Shown: one piece after another, positions 14,151 through 27,769 of the stretch | Position numbering within the stretch: position 1 is the first letter of the stretch | Layout: the number at the start of each line of letters is the position of its first letter | From: the human T2T-CHM13v2.0 reference genome, Homo sapiens | Length of the DNA stretch: 64,000 nucleotides | Assembly: GCF_009914755.1 (NCBI RefSeq) | Contig: NC_060933.1 | Direction: 5' to 3' (one strand) | Made by a program: the position numbers and the translations under genes | Notes under the pieces: model-generated | Seen by the model: the letters and a program-made list of their open reading frames with translations, nothing else | Database searches by the model: none | What the model was told of the DNA's origin: nothing

Positions 14151-17100
14151 CATCCCGAATGGAATGGAAGGGAATGGAATTAACCCGAATAGAATGGAAT
14201 GGAATGGAATTGAACGGAATGGAATGGAATGGAATGGAATGGAATGGAATGGAATCAACCCGACTGCAGGGGAATGGAATGGAATGGAATGGAATGGAAT
14301 GGAATCATCCGGAACAGAATGGACTGGAATGGAATGGAATCCACTCGATTGCAATGGAATGGAATGGAATGGAATTTAATCCAATGGAATGGAATGGAAT
14401 TAACCGGAATAGAATGGAATGGAATGCAATGGAACGGAATGGAATGGAATGGAATGGAATGGAATGGAATGGAATCAACCCGAGTGCAGGGGAATGGAAT
14501 GGAATGGAATGCAATGGAATGGAATCATCCGGAATGGAATGGAATGGAATGGAATGCAATCAACCTGATGCAATGGAATGGAGTGGAAAGGAATGGAATG
14601 GAATGGAAACATCCCGAATGGAATGGAATGTAATGGAGTGTAAGGGAATTGAATAGAATCAATCCGAATGGAATGGAATGGAATGAAATGGAATGGAATG
14701 GAATGGAATGGAATCAACCCGAGTGCAATGGAATGGATTCGAATGGAATGGAATGGAATGGAATGGATTCAACAAGAATGGAATGGAAAGGAATGGAATC
14801 AACCCGAGTGTAATGGCATGGAATGGAACGGAATGGAATGGGATGGAATCGAATGGTATGGAATAGAATGGAATAGAATGAAATGGAATGGAATGGAATG
14901 GAATGGAATGAACCCGTGTGCAATGGAATGGAATGGAATGGAATGGAATGGATTCAACTCGAATGGAATCAACTCGATTGCAATGGAATGGAATGGAATT
15001 GAAAGGAATATAATGGAATAAACACGAGTGGAATGGAATGGAAAGGACTGGAATGGAGTGGAATGGAATGGAATGGAATTTACACAAATAGAATGAAATG
15101 GAACGGAATGGAATGGAATGTAATGGAACGCAATGGAAAGGAATCATCCGGAATGGAATGGAATGGAATGGAATGGAATGGAATGGAATGGAATGGAATC
15201 AACTCGATTGCAATGGAATGGAATGGAATGGAATTAACCCGAATAGAATGGAATGGAATGGAATGGAACGGAACGGAATGGAATGGAATGGAATGGAACG
15301 GAACGGAATGGAATGGAATGGAATGGAATGGAATCAACGCGAGTGCAGGGGAATGGAATGGAATGGAATGCAATGGAATGGAAACTTCCGTAATGGAATG
15401 GAATGGAATGGAATGGAATGAAATGCAATGGATTCAACTCGATTGCAATGGAATGGAATAGAATGGAATGAAATGGAATGGAATGCAATTAATCCGAATA
15501 GAATGGAATGGAATGGAATGGAACGGAATGGAACGGAATGGAATGGAATGGAATGGAATGGAATGGTATGGAATGGAATGGAATGGTACGGAATAGAATG
15601 GAATGGAACGAATTGTAATGGAATGGAATTGAATGGAATGGAATGGAATGGAATGGAATCAACGCGAGTGCAGGGGAATGTAATGGAACGGAATGCAATG
15701 GAATGGAATCATCCGGAATGGAATGGAATGGAATGGAATGGAATGGAATGGAATGGAATCAACCCGAGTGCAATGGAATGGAGTGGAATGGAATGGAATG
15801 GAATGGAACAACACGAATGGAATGGAATGTAATGGAGAGTAAGGGAGTTGAATAGAATCAATCCGAATGTAATGGAATGGAATGCAACGGAATGGAATGG
15901 AATGGAATGGAATGGAATGGAATGCAATGGAATGGAATCAACCCGAGTACAATGGAATGGAATGGAATGGAAAGGAATGGAATGGAATGGAATGGAATCG
16001 TTCCGAGTGGAATAGGAGGGAATGTATTCGAGTGGAATGGAAAGGAATGGAATCAACCAGAGTGGAATGGAAGGAAATGGAATGGAATGGAAACTAATAG
16101 AATGGAATCAACCCGAGTGGAATGGAATGGAAAGGACTGGAATGGAATGGAATGGAATGGAATCAACTCGTTTGTAATGGAATGGAATGGAATGGAATGG
16201 AATGGAATGGAATTAACCCGAATACAATGGAAGGGAATGGAATGGAATGGAAACTAATAGAATGGAATCAACCCGAATGGAATGGAATGGAAAGGACTGG
16301 AATGGAATGGAATGGAATGGAATCAACTCGATTGTAATGGAATAGAATGGAATGGAAGGGAATGGAATGGAATTAACCCGAATACAATGGAATGGAATGG
16401 AATGGAATGGAATGGAGTGGAATGGAATGGAATCAACCCTAGTGCAGGGGAATGGAATGGAATGGAATGCAATGGAATGGAATCATCCGGAATGGAATCG
16501 AATGGAATGGAATGCAAAGCAATGGAATCAACTCGATTGCAATGGAATGGAATGGAATGGAAAGGAATACATTGGAATCAACCCGAGTGGAATGGAATGG
16601 AAAGGACTTTAATGGACTGGAATGGAATGGAATGCGACGGAATGGAATGGAATGGAATCAACTTGATTGGAATGGAATGGAATGGAATGGAATGGAATGG
16701 AATGAGATCAACTTGATTGGAATGGAATGGAATGGAATGGAATGGAATGGAATGGAATCAACCCGACTGCAGGGGAATGGAATGGAATGCAATGCAATGG
16801 AATAGATTCAACTTGAATGGAATGGAAAGAATGGAATCAACACGAGTGGAATGGCATGGATTGGAATGGAATGGAATGGAATCAACCCGAGTACAGGGGA
16901 ATGGAATGGAATGGAATGCAATGGAATGGAATCATCCGTAATGGAATGGAAAGGAATGGAATGGAATGGAAAGGAATAGAATGGAATGGAATGGAATGGA
17001 ATGGAATCAACTCGATTGCAATCGAATGGAATGGAATGGAATTAACCCAAATAGAATGGAATGGAATGGAATGGAACGGAACGGAATGGAATGGAATGGA

Positions 17101-17197
17101 ATGGAATGGAACGGAACGGAATGGAATGGAATGGAATGGAATGGAATGGAATCAACGCGAGTGCAGGGGAATGGAATGGAATGGAATGCAATGGAAT

Positions 17198-20100
17198 GGA
17201 ATCTTCCGGAATGGAATGGAATTGAATGGAATGGAATGGAATGGTATGGAATAAACCCGAGTGCAATGGAATGGAGTGGAATGGAATGGAATGGAATGGA
17301 ATGGAACAACCCGAATGGAATGGAATGGAATGGAGACTAAGGGAGTTGAATAGAATCAATCCGAATGTAATGGAATGGAATGGAACGGAATGGAATTGAA
17401 TGGAATGGAATGGAATGGAATGCAGTGGAATGGAAACTTCCGGAATGGAATGGAAAGGAATGGAATGGAATGAAATGCAATGGATTCAACTCGATTGCAA
17501 TGGAATGTAATAGAATGGAATGGAATGGAATGGAATGGAATGGAATGGAATCAACTCGATTGCAATGGAATGGAATGGAATGGAATTAACCCGAATAGAA
17601 TGGAATGGAATGGAATGGAACGGAACGGAACGGAATGGAATGGAACGGAATGGAATGGAACGGAACGGAACGGAACGGAATGGAATGGAATGGAATGGAA
17701 TGGAATGGAATGGAATCAACCCGAGTGCAATGGAATGGAGTGGAATGGAATGGAATGGAATGGAACAACCCGAATGGAATGGAATGTAATGGAGAGTAAG
17801 GGAGTTGAATAGAATCAATCCGAATGTAATGGAATGGAATGGAACGGAATGGAATTGAATGGAATGGAATGGAATGCAATGGAATGGAATCAACCCGAGT
17901 GCAATGGAATGGAGAGGAATGGAATGGAATGGAATGGAAACTACCTGAATGGAATGGAATGTAATGGAGTGTAAGGGAATTGAATAGAATCAATCCGAAT
18001 GTAATGGAATGGAATGGAACGGAATGGAATGGAATGGAATGGAATGGAATGGAATCAACCCGACTGCAGGGGAATGGAATGGAATGGAATGCAATGGAAT
18101 GGATTCAACTTGAATGGAATGGAAAGAATGGAATCAACACGAGTGGAATGGCATGGATTGGAATGGAATGGAATGGAATCAACCCGAGTACAGGGGAATG
18201 GAATGGAATGGAATGCAATGGAATGGAATCATCCGTAATGGAATGGAAAGGAATGGAATGGAATGGAATGGAATGGAATGGAATGGAATGGAATCAACTC
18301 GATTGCAATCGAATGGAATGCAATGGAATTAACCCAAATAGAATGGAATGGAATGGAATGGAACGGAACGGAATGGAATGAAATGGAATGGAATAGAACG
18401 GAACGGAACGGAACGGAACGGAACGGAACGGAATGGAATGGAATGGAATGGAATGGAATGGAATCAACGCGAGTGCAGGGGAATGGAATGGAATGGAATT
18501 CAATGGAATGGAATCTTCCGCAATGGAATGGAATGGAATGGAATGGAATGGAATGGAATGGAATCAACCCGAGTGCAATGGAATGGAGTGGAATGGAATG
18601 GAATGGAATGGAACAACCCGAATGGAATGGAATGTAATGGAGAGTAAGGGAGTTGAATAGAATCAATCCGAATGTAATGGAATGGAATGGAACGGAATGG
18701 AATGGAATGGAATGGAATGGAATGCAATGCAATGGAATCAACCCGAGTTCACTGAAATGGAGAGGAATGGAATGGAATGGAATGGAAACTACCCGAAAGG
18801 AATGGAATGTAATGGAGTGTAAGGGAATTGAATAGAATCAATCCGAATGTAATGGAATGGAATGGAACGGAACGGAATGGAATGGAATGGAATGGAATGG
18901 AATGGAATGGAATGCAATGGAATGGAATCAACCCGAGTGCAATCAAATGGAATCGAATGGAATGGAATGCAATGGAATGGATTCAACTTGAATGGAATGG
19001 AAAGAATGGAATCAACACGAGTGGAATGGCATGGATTGGAATGCAATGGAATGGAATCAACCCGAGTACAGTGGAATGGAATGGAATGGAATGCAATGGA
19101 ATGGAACCATCCGTAATGGAATGGAAAGGAATGGAATGGTATGGAATGCAATGGAATGGAATGGATTGGAATCAACACGATTGTAATAGAATGGAATGGA
19201 ATGGAATTAACTCAAATAGAATGGAATGGAATGGAATGGAACGGAACGGAATGGAATGTTATGGAATGGAATGGAATGGAATGGAACGGAACGGAATGGA
19301 ATGGAATGGAATGGAATGGAATGGAATCAACGCGGGTGCAGGGGAATGGAATGTAATGGAATGCAAAGGAATGGAATCTTCCGGAATGGAATGGAATGGA
19401 ATGGAATGGAGTCAACCCGAGTGCAAAGGAATGGAGTGGAATGGAATGGAATGGAATGGAACAACCCGAATGGAATGGAATGTAATGGAGAGTAAGGGAG
19501 TTGAATAGAATCAATCCGAATGTAATGGAATGGAATGGAACGGAATGGAATTGAATGGAATGGAATGGAATGCAATGGAATGGAATCAACCCGAGTGCAA
19601 TGGAATGGAGAGGAATGGAATGGAATGGAGTGGAAACTACCCGAATGGAATGGAATGTAATGGAGTGTAAAGGAATTGAATAGAATCAATCCGAATATAA
19701 TGGAAAGGAATGGAACGGAATGGAATGGAATGGAATGGAATTGAATGGAATGGAATGGAATGCAATGGAATGGAATCAACCCGAGTGCAATCGAATGGAA
19801 TCGAATGGAATGGAATGCAATGGAATGGATTCAACTTGAATGGAATGGAAAGAATGGAATCAACACGAGTGGACGGGCAAGGATTGGAATGCAATGGTAT
19901 AGAATCAACCTGAGTACAGGGGAATGGAATGGAATGGAATGCAATGGAATGGAATCATCCGTAATGGAATGGAAAGGAATGGAATGGAATGGAATGGAAT
20001 TAACTCGAATAGAATGGAATGGAATGGAATGGAACGGAATGGAACGGAATGGAATGGAATGGAATGGAATGGAATGGAATGGTATGGAATGGAATGGAAT

Positions 20101-23100
20101 GGTACGGAATAGAATGGAATGGAACGAATTGTAATGGAATGGAATTGAATGGAATGGAATGGAATGGAATGGAATCAACGCGAGTGCAAGGGAATGTAAT
20201 GGAACGGAATGCAATGGAATGGAATCATCCGGAATGGAATGGAATGGAATCAACCCGAGTGCAATGGAATGGAGTGGAATGGAATGGAATGGAATGGAAC
20301 AACCCGAATGGAATGGAATGTAATGGAGAGTAAGGGAGTTGAATAGAATCAATCCGAATGTAATGGAATGGAATGCAACGGAATGGAATGGAAAGGAATG
20401 GAATGGAATGGAATGGAATGGAATGGAATGGAATGGAATGCAATGGAATGGAATCAACCCGAGTTCAATGGAATGGAATGGAATGGAATGGAATGGAATG
20501 GAGTGGAATGGAGTGGAATTGAATGGAATGGAATGCTTTCAAACCGAATGAAATGGAAAGGAATGGAATCAACACGAGTGGAATGGAATGAAATGGAAAG
20601 GAATGGAATGGTACGGAATAGAATGGAATGGAACGAAATGGAATGGAATGGAATGGAATGGAATGGAATGGAATAGAATCGTTCCGAGTGGAATAGGAGG
20701 GAATGTATTCGAGTGGAATGGAAAGGAATGGAATCAACCAGAGTGGAATGGAAGGGAATGGAATGGAATGGAAACTAATAGAATGGAATCAACCCGAGTG
20801 GAATGGAATGGAAAGGACTGGAATGGAATGGAATGGAATGGAATGGAATGGAATGGAATCAACTCGATTGTAATGGAATGGAATGGAATGGAATGGAATG
20901 GAATGGAATGGAATGGAATGGAATGGAATTAACCTGAATACAACGGAATGGAATGGAATGGAATGGAATGGAGTGGAATGGAATGGAATCAACCCGAGTG
21001 CAGGGGAATGGAATGGAATGGAATGCAATGGAATGGAATCATCCGGAATGGAATGGAATGGAATGGAATGCAAAGCAATGGAATCAACTCGATTGCAATG
21101 GAATGGAATGGAATGGAAAGGAATAGAATGGAATCAACCCGAGTGGAATGGAATGGAAAGGACTGGAATGGAGTGGAATGGAATGGAATGGAATAGAATG
21201 GAATGGAATGGAATCAACTCGATTGGAATGGAATGGAATGGAATGGAATGGAATGGAATGGAATGGAATGGAATCAACCCGACTGAAGGGGAATGGAATG
21301 GAATGGAATGCAATGGAATGGATTCAACTTGAATGGAATGGAAAGAATGGAATCAACACGAGTGGAATGGCATGGATTGGAATGGAATGGAATGGAATCA
21401 ACCCGAGTACAGGGGAATGGAATGGAATGGAATGCAATGGAATGGAATCATCCGTAATGGAATGGAAAGGAATGGAATGGAATGGAATGGAATGGAATGG
21501 AATGGAATGGAATGGAATCAACTCGATTGCAATGGAATGGAATGGAATGGAATTAACCCGAATAGAATGGAATGGAATGGAATGGAACGGAACGGAACGG
21601 AATGGAATGGAACGGAATGGAATGGAACGGAACGGAACGGAACGGAATGGAATGGAATGGAATGGAATGGAATGGAATGGAATGGAATGGAATCAACCCG
21701 AGTGCAATGGAATGGAGTGGAATGGAATGGAATGGAATGGAACAACCCGAATGGAATGGAATGTAATGGAGAGTAAGGGAGTTGAATAGAATCAATCCGA
21801 ATGTAATGGAATGGAATGGAACGGAATGGAATTGAATGGAATGGAATGGAATGCAATGGAATGGAATCAACCCGAGTGCAATGGAATGGAGAGGAATGGA
21901 ATGGAATGGAATGGAAACTACCCGAATGGAATGGAATGTAATGGAGTGTAAGGGAATTGAATAGAATCAATCCGAATGGAATGGAATGGAATGGAACGGA
22001 ATGGAATGGAATGGAATGGAATGGAATGGAATCAACCCGACTGCAGGGGAATGGAATGGAATGGAATGCAATGGAATGGATTCAACTTGAATGGAATGGA
22101 AAGAATGGAATCAACACGAGTGGAATGGCATGGATTGGAATGGAATGGAATGGAATCAACCCGAGTACAGGGGAATGGAATGGAATGGAATGCAATGGAA
22201 TGGAATCATCCGTAATGGAATGGAAAGGAATGGAATGGAATGGAATGGAATGGAATGGAATGGAATGGAATGGAATCAACTCGATTGCAATCGAATGGAA
22301 TGCAATGGAATTAACCCAAATAGAATGGAATGGAATGGAATGGAACGGAACGGAATGGAATGAAATGGAATGGAATAGAACGGAACGGAACGGAACGGAA
22401 CGGAACGGAACGGAATGGAATGGAATGGAATGGAATGGAATCAACGCGAGTGCAGGGGAATGGAATGGAATGGAATTCAATGGAATGGAATCTTCCGCAA
22501 TGGAATGGAATGGAATGGAATGGAATGGAATGGAATGGAATCAACCCGAGTGCAATGGAATGGAGTGGAATGGAATGGAATGGAATGGAACAACCCGAAT
22601 GGAATGGAATGTAATGGAGAGTAAGGGAGTTGAATAGAATCAATCCGAATGTAATGGAATGGAATGGAACGGAATGGAATGGAATGGAATGGAATGGAAT
22701 GCAATGCAATGGAATCAACCCGAGTTCACTGAAATGGAGAGGAATGGAATGGAATGGAATGGAAACTACCCGAAAGGAATGGAATGTAATGGAGTGTAAG
22801 GGAATTGAATAGAATCAATCCGAATGTAATGGAATGGAATGGAACGGAACGGAATGGAATGGAATGGAATGGAATGGAATGGAATGGAATGGAATGCAAT
22901 GGAATGGAATCATCCGGAATGGAATGGAATGGAATGGAATGCAAAGCAATGGAATCAACTCGATTGCAATGGAATGGAATGGAATGGAAAGGAATACATT
23001 GGAATCAACCCGAGTGGAATGGAATGGAAAGGACTGGAATGGAGTGGATTGGAATGGAATGGAATGGAATGGAATCAACTCGATTGGAATGGAATGGAAT

Positions 23101-24587
23101 GGAATGGAATGGAATGGAATGGAATTAACCCGAATAGAATGGAATGGAATGGAATGGAACGGAAAGGAACGGAACGGAACAGAACGGAACGGAACGGAAT
23201 GGAATGGAATGGAATGGAATGGAATCAAACCGACTGCAGGGGAATGGAATGGAATGGAATGCAATGGAATGGATTCAACTTGAATGGAATGCAAAGAATG
23301 GAATCAACACGAGTGGAATGGCATGGATTGGAATGGAATGGAATGGAATCAACCCGAGTACAGGGGAATGGAATGGAATGGAATGCAATGGAATGCAATT
23401 ATCCGTAATGGAATGGAAAGGAATGGAATGGAATGGAATGGAATGGAATGGAATGGAATGGAATGGAATGGAATCAACTCGATTGCAATCGAATGGAATG
23501 GAATGGAATTAACCCGAATAGAATGGAATGGAATGGAATGGAATGGAACAGAACGGAATGGAATGGAATGGAATGGAATGGAATGGAACGGAAAGGAATG
23601 GAATGGAATGGAATGGAATGGAATGGAATGGAATGGAATGGAATCAACGCGAGTGCAGTGGAATGGAATGGAATGGAATGCAATGGAATGGAATCTTCCG
23701 GAATGGAATGGAATGGAATGGAATGGAATGGAATGGAATGGAATGGAATAAACCCGAGTGCAATGGAATGGAGTGGAATGGAATGGAATGGAATGGAACA
23801 ACCCGAATGGAATGGAATGTAATGGAGAGTAAGGGAGTTGAATAGAATCAATCCGAATGTAATGGAATGGAATGGAACGGAATGGAATTGAATGGAATGG
23901 AATGGAATGCAATGGAATGGAATCAACCCGAGTGCAATGGAATGGAGAGGAATGGAATGGAATGGAAACTACCCGAATGGAATGGAATGTAATGGAGTGT
24001 AAGGGAATTGAATAAAATCAATCCGAATGTAATGGAATGGAATGGAACGGAATGGAATGGAATGGAATGGAATGGAATGGAATGGAATGGAATCAACCCG
24101 AGTGCAATCGAATGGAATCGAATGGAATGGAATGCAATGGAATGGATTCAACTTGAATGGAATGGAAAGAATGGAATAAACACGAGTGGAAGGGCATGGA
24201 TTGGAATGCAATGGAATGGAATCAACCCGAGTACAGGGGAATGGAATGGAATGGAATGCAATGGAATGGAATCATCCGTAATGGAATGGAAAGGAATGGA
24301 ATGGAATGGAATGGAATGGAATGGAATGGAATCAACACGATTGCAATCGAATGGAATGGAATGGAATTAACCCGAATAGAATGGAATGGAATGGAATGGA
24401 ACGGAACGGAATGGAATGGAATGGAATGGAATGGAATGGAATGGAATGGAACGGAACGGAATGGAATGGAATGGAATGGAATGCAATGGAACGCAACGGA
24501 ATGGAATGGAATGGAATGGAATGGAATCAACGCGAGTGCAGGGGAATGGAATGTAATGGAATGCAATGGAATGGAATCTTCCGGAAT
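17198..24587 (-). promoter_or_regulatory. Candidate heat-shock elements (nGAAnnTTCnnGAAn) in the inverted block
   Basis: gGAAtcTTCcgGAAt starting at 17198, 19373, 23690 and 24573; gGAAacTTCcgGAAt at 17432. The motif match is direct; binding is not shown. Confidence 0.55.
17515..22912 (-). repeat. Near-identical ~1.4-kb pair (17515-18930 and ~21480-22912)
   Basis: ORF offsets of 3977 (17980/21957, 18114/22091, 18653/22630, 18828/22805). Private marker acccgagttcactgaaatggagagg at 18741 and 22718. Confidence 0.85.
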
Positions 24588-24952
24588 GGAATGGAATGGA
24601 ATGGAATCAACCCGAGTGCAATGGAATGGAGTGGAATGGAATGGAATGGAATGGAACAACCCGAATGGGATGGAATGTAATGGAGAGTAAAGGAGTTGAA
24701 TAGAATCAATCCGAATGTAATGGAATGGAATGCAACGGAATGGAATGGAATTGAATGGAATGGAATGGAATGCAATGGAACGGAATCAACCCGAGTGCAA
24801 TGGAATGGAGAGGAGGGGAATGGAATGGAGTGGAAACTACCCGAATGGAATGGAATGTAATGGAGTGTAAGGGAATTGAATAAAATCAATCCGAATGTAA
24901 TGGAATGGAATGGAACGGAATGGAATGGAATGGAATGGAAAGGAAAGAAGGG

Positions 24953-24980
24953 AATGGAATCAACCCGAGTTGATTCCATT
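24953..24980. other. Inversion junction 2 (GGAAT to CATTC)
   Basis: aatggaatcaac-ccga-gttgattccatt: 12-bp arms with a 4-nt loop. The markers caacccgagt and cgagttgatt overlap at CGAGT (24966-24970). Confidence 0.95.
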
Positions 24981-27769
24981 GCTTTGCATTCCGTTCCACT
25001 CCATTCCTTTTCATTGTATTCGGGTTAATTCCATTGCATTCCATTCCATTCCATTCCTTTCCGTTCCATTCCATTCCATTCCATTCCATTCCATTCCGTT
25101 CCGTTCCGTTCCATTCCATTCCATTCCATTGTATTCGTGTTAATACCATTCCATTCCATTCCATTCCATTCCAATCCATTACAATCGAGTTGATTCCATT
25201 CCATTCCATTCCATTCCATTCCATTCCATTCCATTCCTTTCCATTCCATTCTACTCGGGTTGATTCCATTCTATTAGTTTCCATTCCATTCCATTCCCTT
25301 CCATTCCACTCTGGTTGATTCCATTCCTTTCCATTTCACTCGAATACATTCCCTCCTATTCCACTCGGAACGATTCCATTCCATTCCATTCCATTCCATT
25401 CCATTCCATTCCATTCCATTCCATTCCATTTCGTTCCATTCCATTCTATTCCGTACCATTCCATTCCATTCCATTCCATTCCATTCGATTCCATTCCACT
25501 CGTGTTGATTACATTCCTTTCCATTCCATTCAGTTTGAAGGCATTCCATTCCATTCCATTCCATTCCATTCCATTCCATTCCATTCCATTCCATTTGATT
25601 CCATTCCATTCCATTCCATTCCATTCCATTGTACTCGGGTTGATTCCATTCCATTGCATTCCATTCCATTCCATTCCATTCCATTCCATTCCATTCCATT
25701 CCATTCCATTCCGGATGATTCCATTCCAATGCATTCCATTCCATTCCATTCCCCTGCACTCGGGTTGATTACATTCCATTCCCTTCCCTTCCATTCCTTT
25801 CCATTCCATTCCATTCCATTCTATTCGGGTGAATTCCATTCCATTCCATTCCATTCCATTCCATTCCATTCCATTGCAATCGAGTTGATTCCATTACATT
25901 CCATTCCATTCCGTTCCGGATGATTCCATTCCATTGCATTCCATTCCATTCCATTCCCCTGCAGTCGGTTTGATTCCTTTCCATTCCATTCCATTCCATT
26001 CCATTCTATTCCATTCCGTTCCATTCCATTGCATTCCATTCTATTCGGGTTAATTCCATTCCATTCCTTTCCATTCCATTCCAATCGAGTTAATTCCATT
26101 CCATTGCATTCCATTACACTCCATTCCATTCCTTTCCATTCCATTCCACTCGGGTTGATTCCATTCTATTCCTTTCCATTCCATTCCATTGCAATAGAGT
26201 TGATTCCATTGCATTGCATTCCATTCCATTCCATTCCATTCCGGATGTTTCCATTCCATTGCATTCCATTCCATTCCATTCCCCTGCACTCGGGTTGATT
26301 CCATTCCATTCCACTCCATTCCGTTCCATTGCATTCCATTCCATTGTATTCGGGTTAATTCCATTGCATTCCATTCCATTCCATTCCATTCCATTCCATT
26401 ACAATCGAGTTGATTCCATTCCATTCCATTCCATTCCATTCCATTCCATTCCATTCCATTCCATTCCTTTCCATTCCATTCCACTCGGGTTGATTCCATT
26501 CTATTAGTTTCCATTCCATTCCATTCCCTTCCATTCCACTCTGGTTGATTCCATTCCTTTCCATTCCACTCGAATACATTCCCTCCCATTCCCTCGGAAC
26601 AATTCCATTCCATTCCATAGCATTCTATTCCATTCCATTTCGTTCCATTCCATTCTATTCCATTCTGTTCCGTTCCGTTCCATTCCATTCCATTCCATTC
26701 TATTCGGGTTAATTCCATTCCATTCCATTCGATTGCAATCGAGTTGATTCCATTCCATTCTATTCCATTCCATTCCATTCCTTTCCATTCCATTACGGAT
26801 GATTCCATTCCATTGCATTCCATTCCATTCCATTCCCCTGTACTCGGGTTGATTCCATTCCATTCCATTCCATTGAATTCCATTCCATTCCATTCCGTTC
26901 CGTTCCATTCCATTCCATTACAATCGAGTTGATTCCATTCCATTCCATTCCATTCCAGTCCTTTCCATTCCATTCCACTCGGGTTGATTCCATTCTATTA
27001 GTTTCCATTCCATTCCATTCCCTTCCATTCCACTCTGGTTGATTCCATTCCTTTCCATTCCACTCGAATACATTCCCTGCTATTCCACTCGGAACGATTC
27101 CATTCCATTCCATTCCATTCCATTCCATTCCATTCCATTTCTTTCCATTCCATTCTATTCCGTATCATTCCATTCCATTCCATTCCATTCCATTGTACTC
27201 GGGTTGATTCCATTCCACTGCATTCCATTCCATTCCATTCCATTCCATTCCGTTGCATTCCAATCCATGCCCTTCCACTCGTGTTGATTCCATTCTTTCC
27301 ATTCCATTCAAGTTGAATCCATTCGATTGCATTCCATTCCATTCGATTCCATTCGATTGCACTCGGATTGATTCCATTCCATTGCATTCCATTCCATTCC
27401 ATTCCATTCCATTCCATTCCGTTCCATTCCATTCCATTACATTCGGATTGATTCTATTCAATTCCCTTACACTCCATTACATTCCATTCCATTCGGGTAG
27501 TTTCCATTCCATTCCATTCCATTCCTCTCCATTCCATTGCACTCTGGTTGATTCCATTCCATTGCATTCCATTCCATTCCATTCAATTCCATTCCGTTCC
27601 ATTCCATTCCATTACATTCGGATTGATTCTATTCAACTCCCTTACTCTCCGTTACATTCCATTCCATTCGGGTTGTTCCATTCCATTCCATTCCATTCCA
27701 CTCCATTCCATTGCACTCGGGTTTATTCCATTCCATTCCATTCCATTCCATTCCATTCCATTCCATTCC

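Larger units (their letters stand above)
12286..24967 (-). repeat. HSat3 block 2, inverted (~12.7 kb; GGAAT on +)
   Basis: Plus strand reads ggaat repeats with reverse-complement markers (caacccgagt, caactcgatt, taacccgaat) from 12286 to ~24970. Confidence 0.97.

Noticed and set aside
24805-24822. Purine run ggagaggaggggaa as a G-quadruplex or Shine-Dalgarno-like signal
   Set aside because: It is a single local variant of the recurring ggagaggaat marker, with too few G-tracts and no gene context.
12286-24967. Inverted block as a mobile element or recombinase-controlled invertible segment
   Set aside because: There is no transposase or recombinase, no target-site duplication, and the two junction sequences do not form a matching pair of recombination sites.
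24953-24980. Hairpin as an intrinsic terminator or structured ncRNA gene
   Set aside because: It is fully explained by the inversion junction, has no U-tract, and lies in a eukaryotic satellite.
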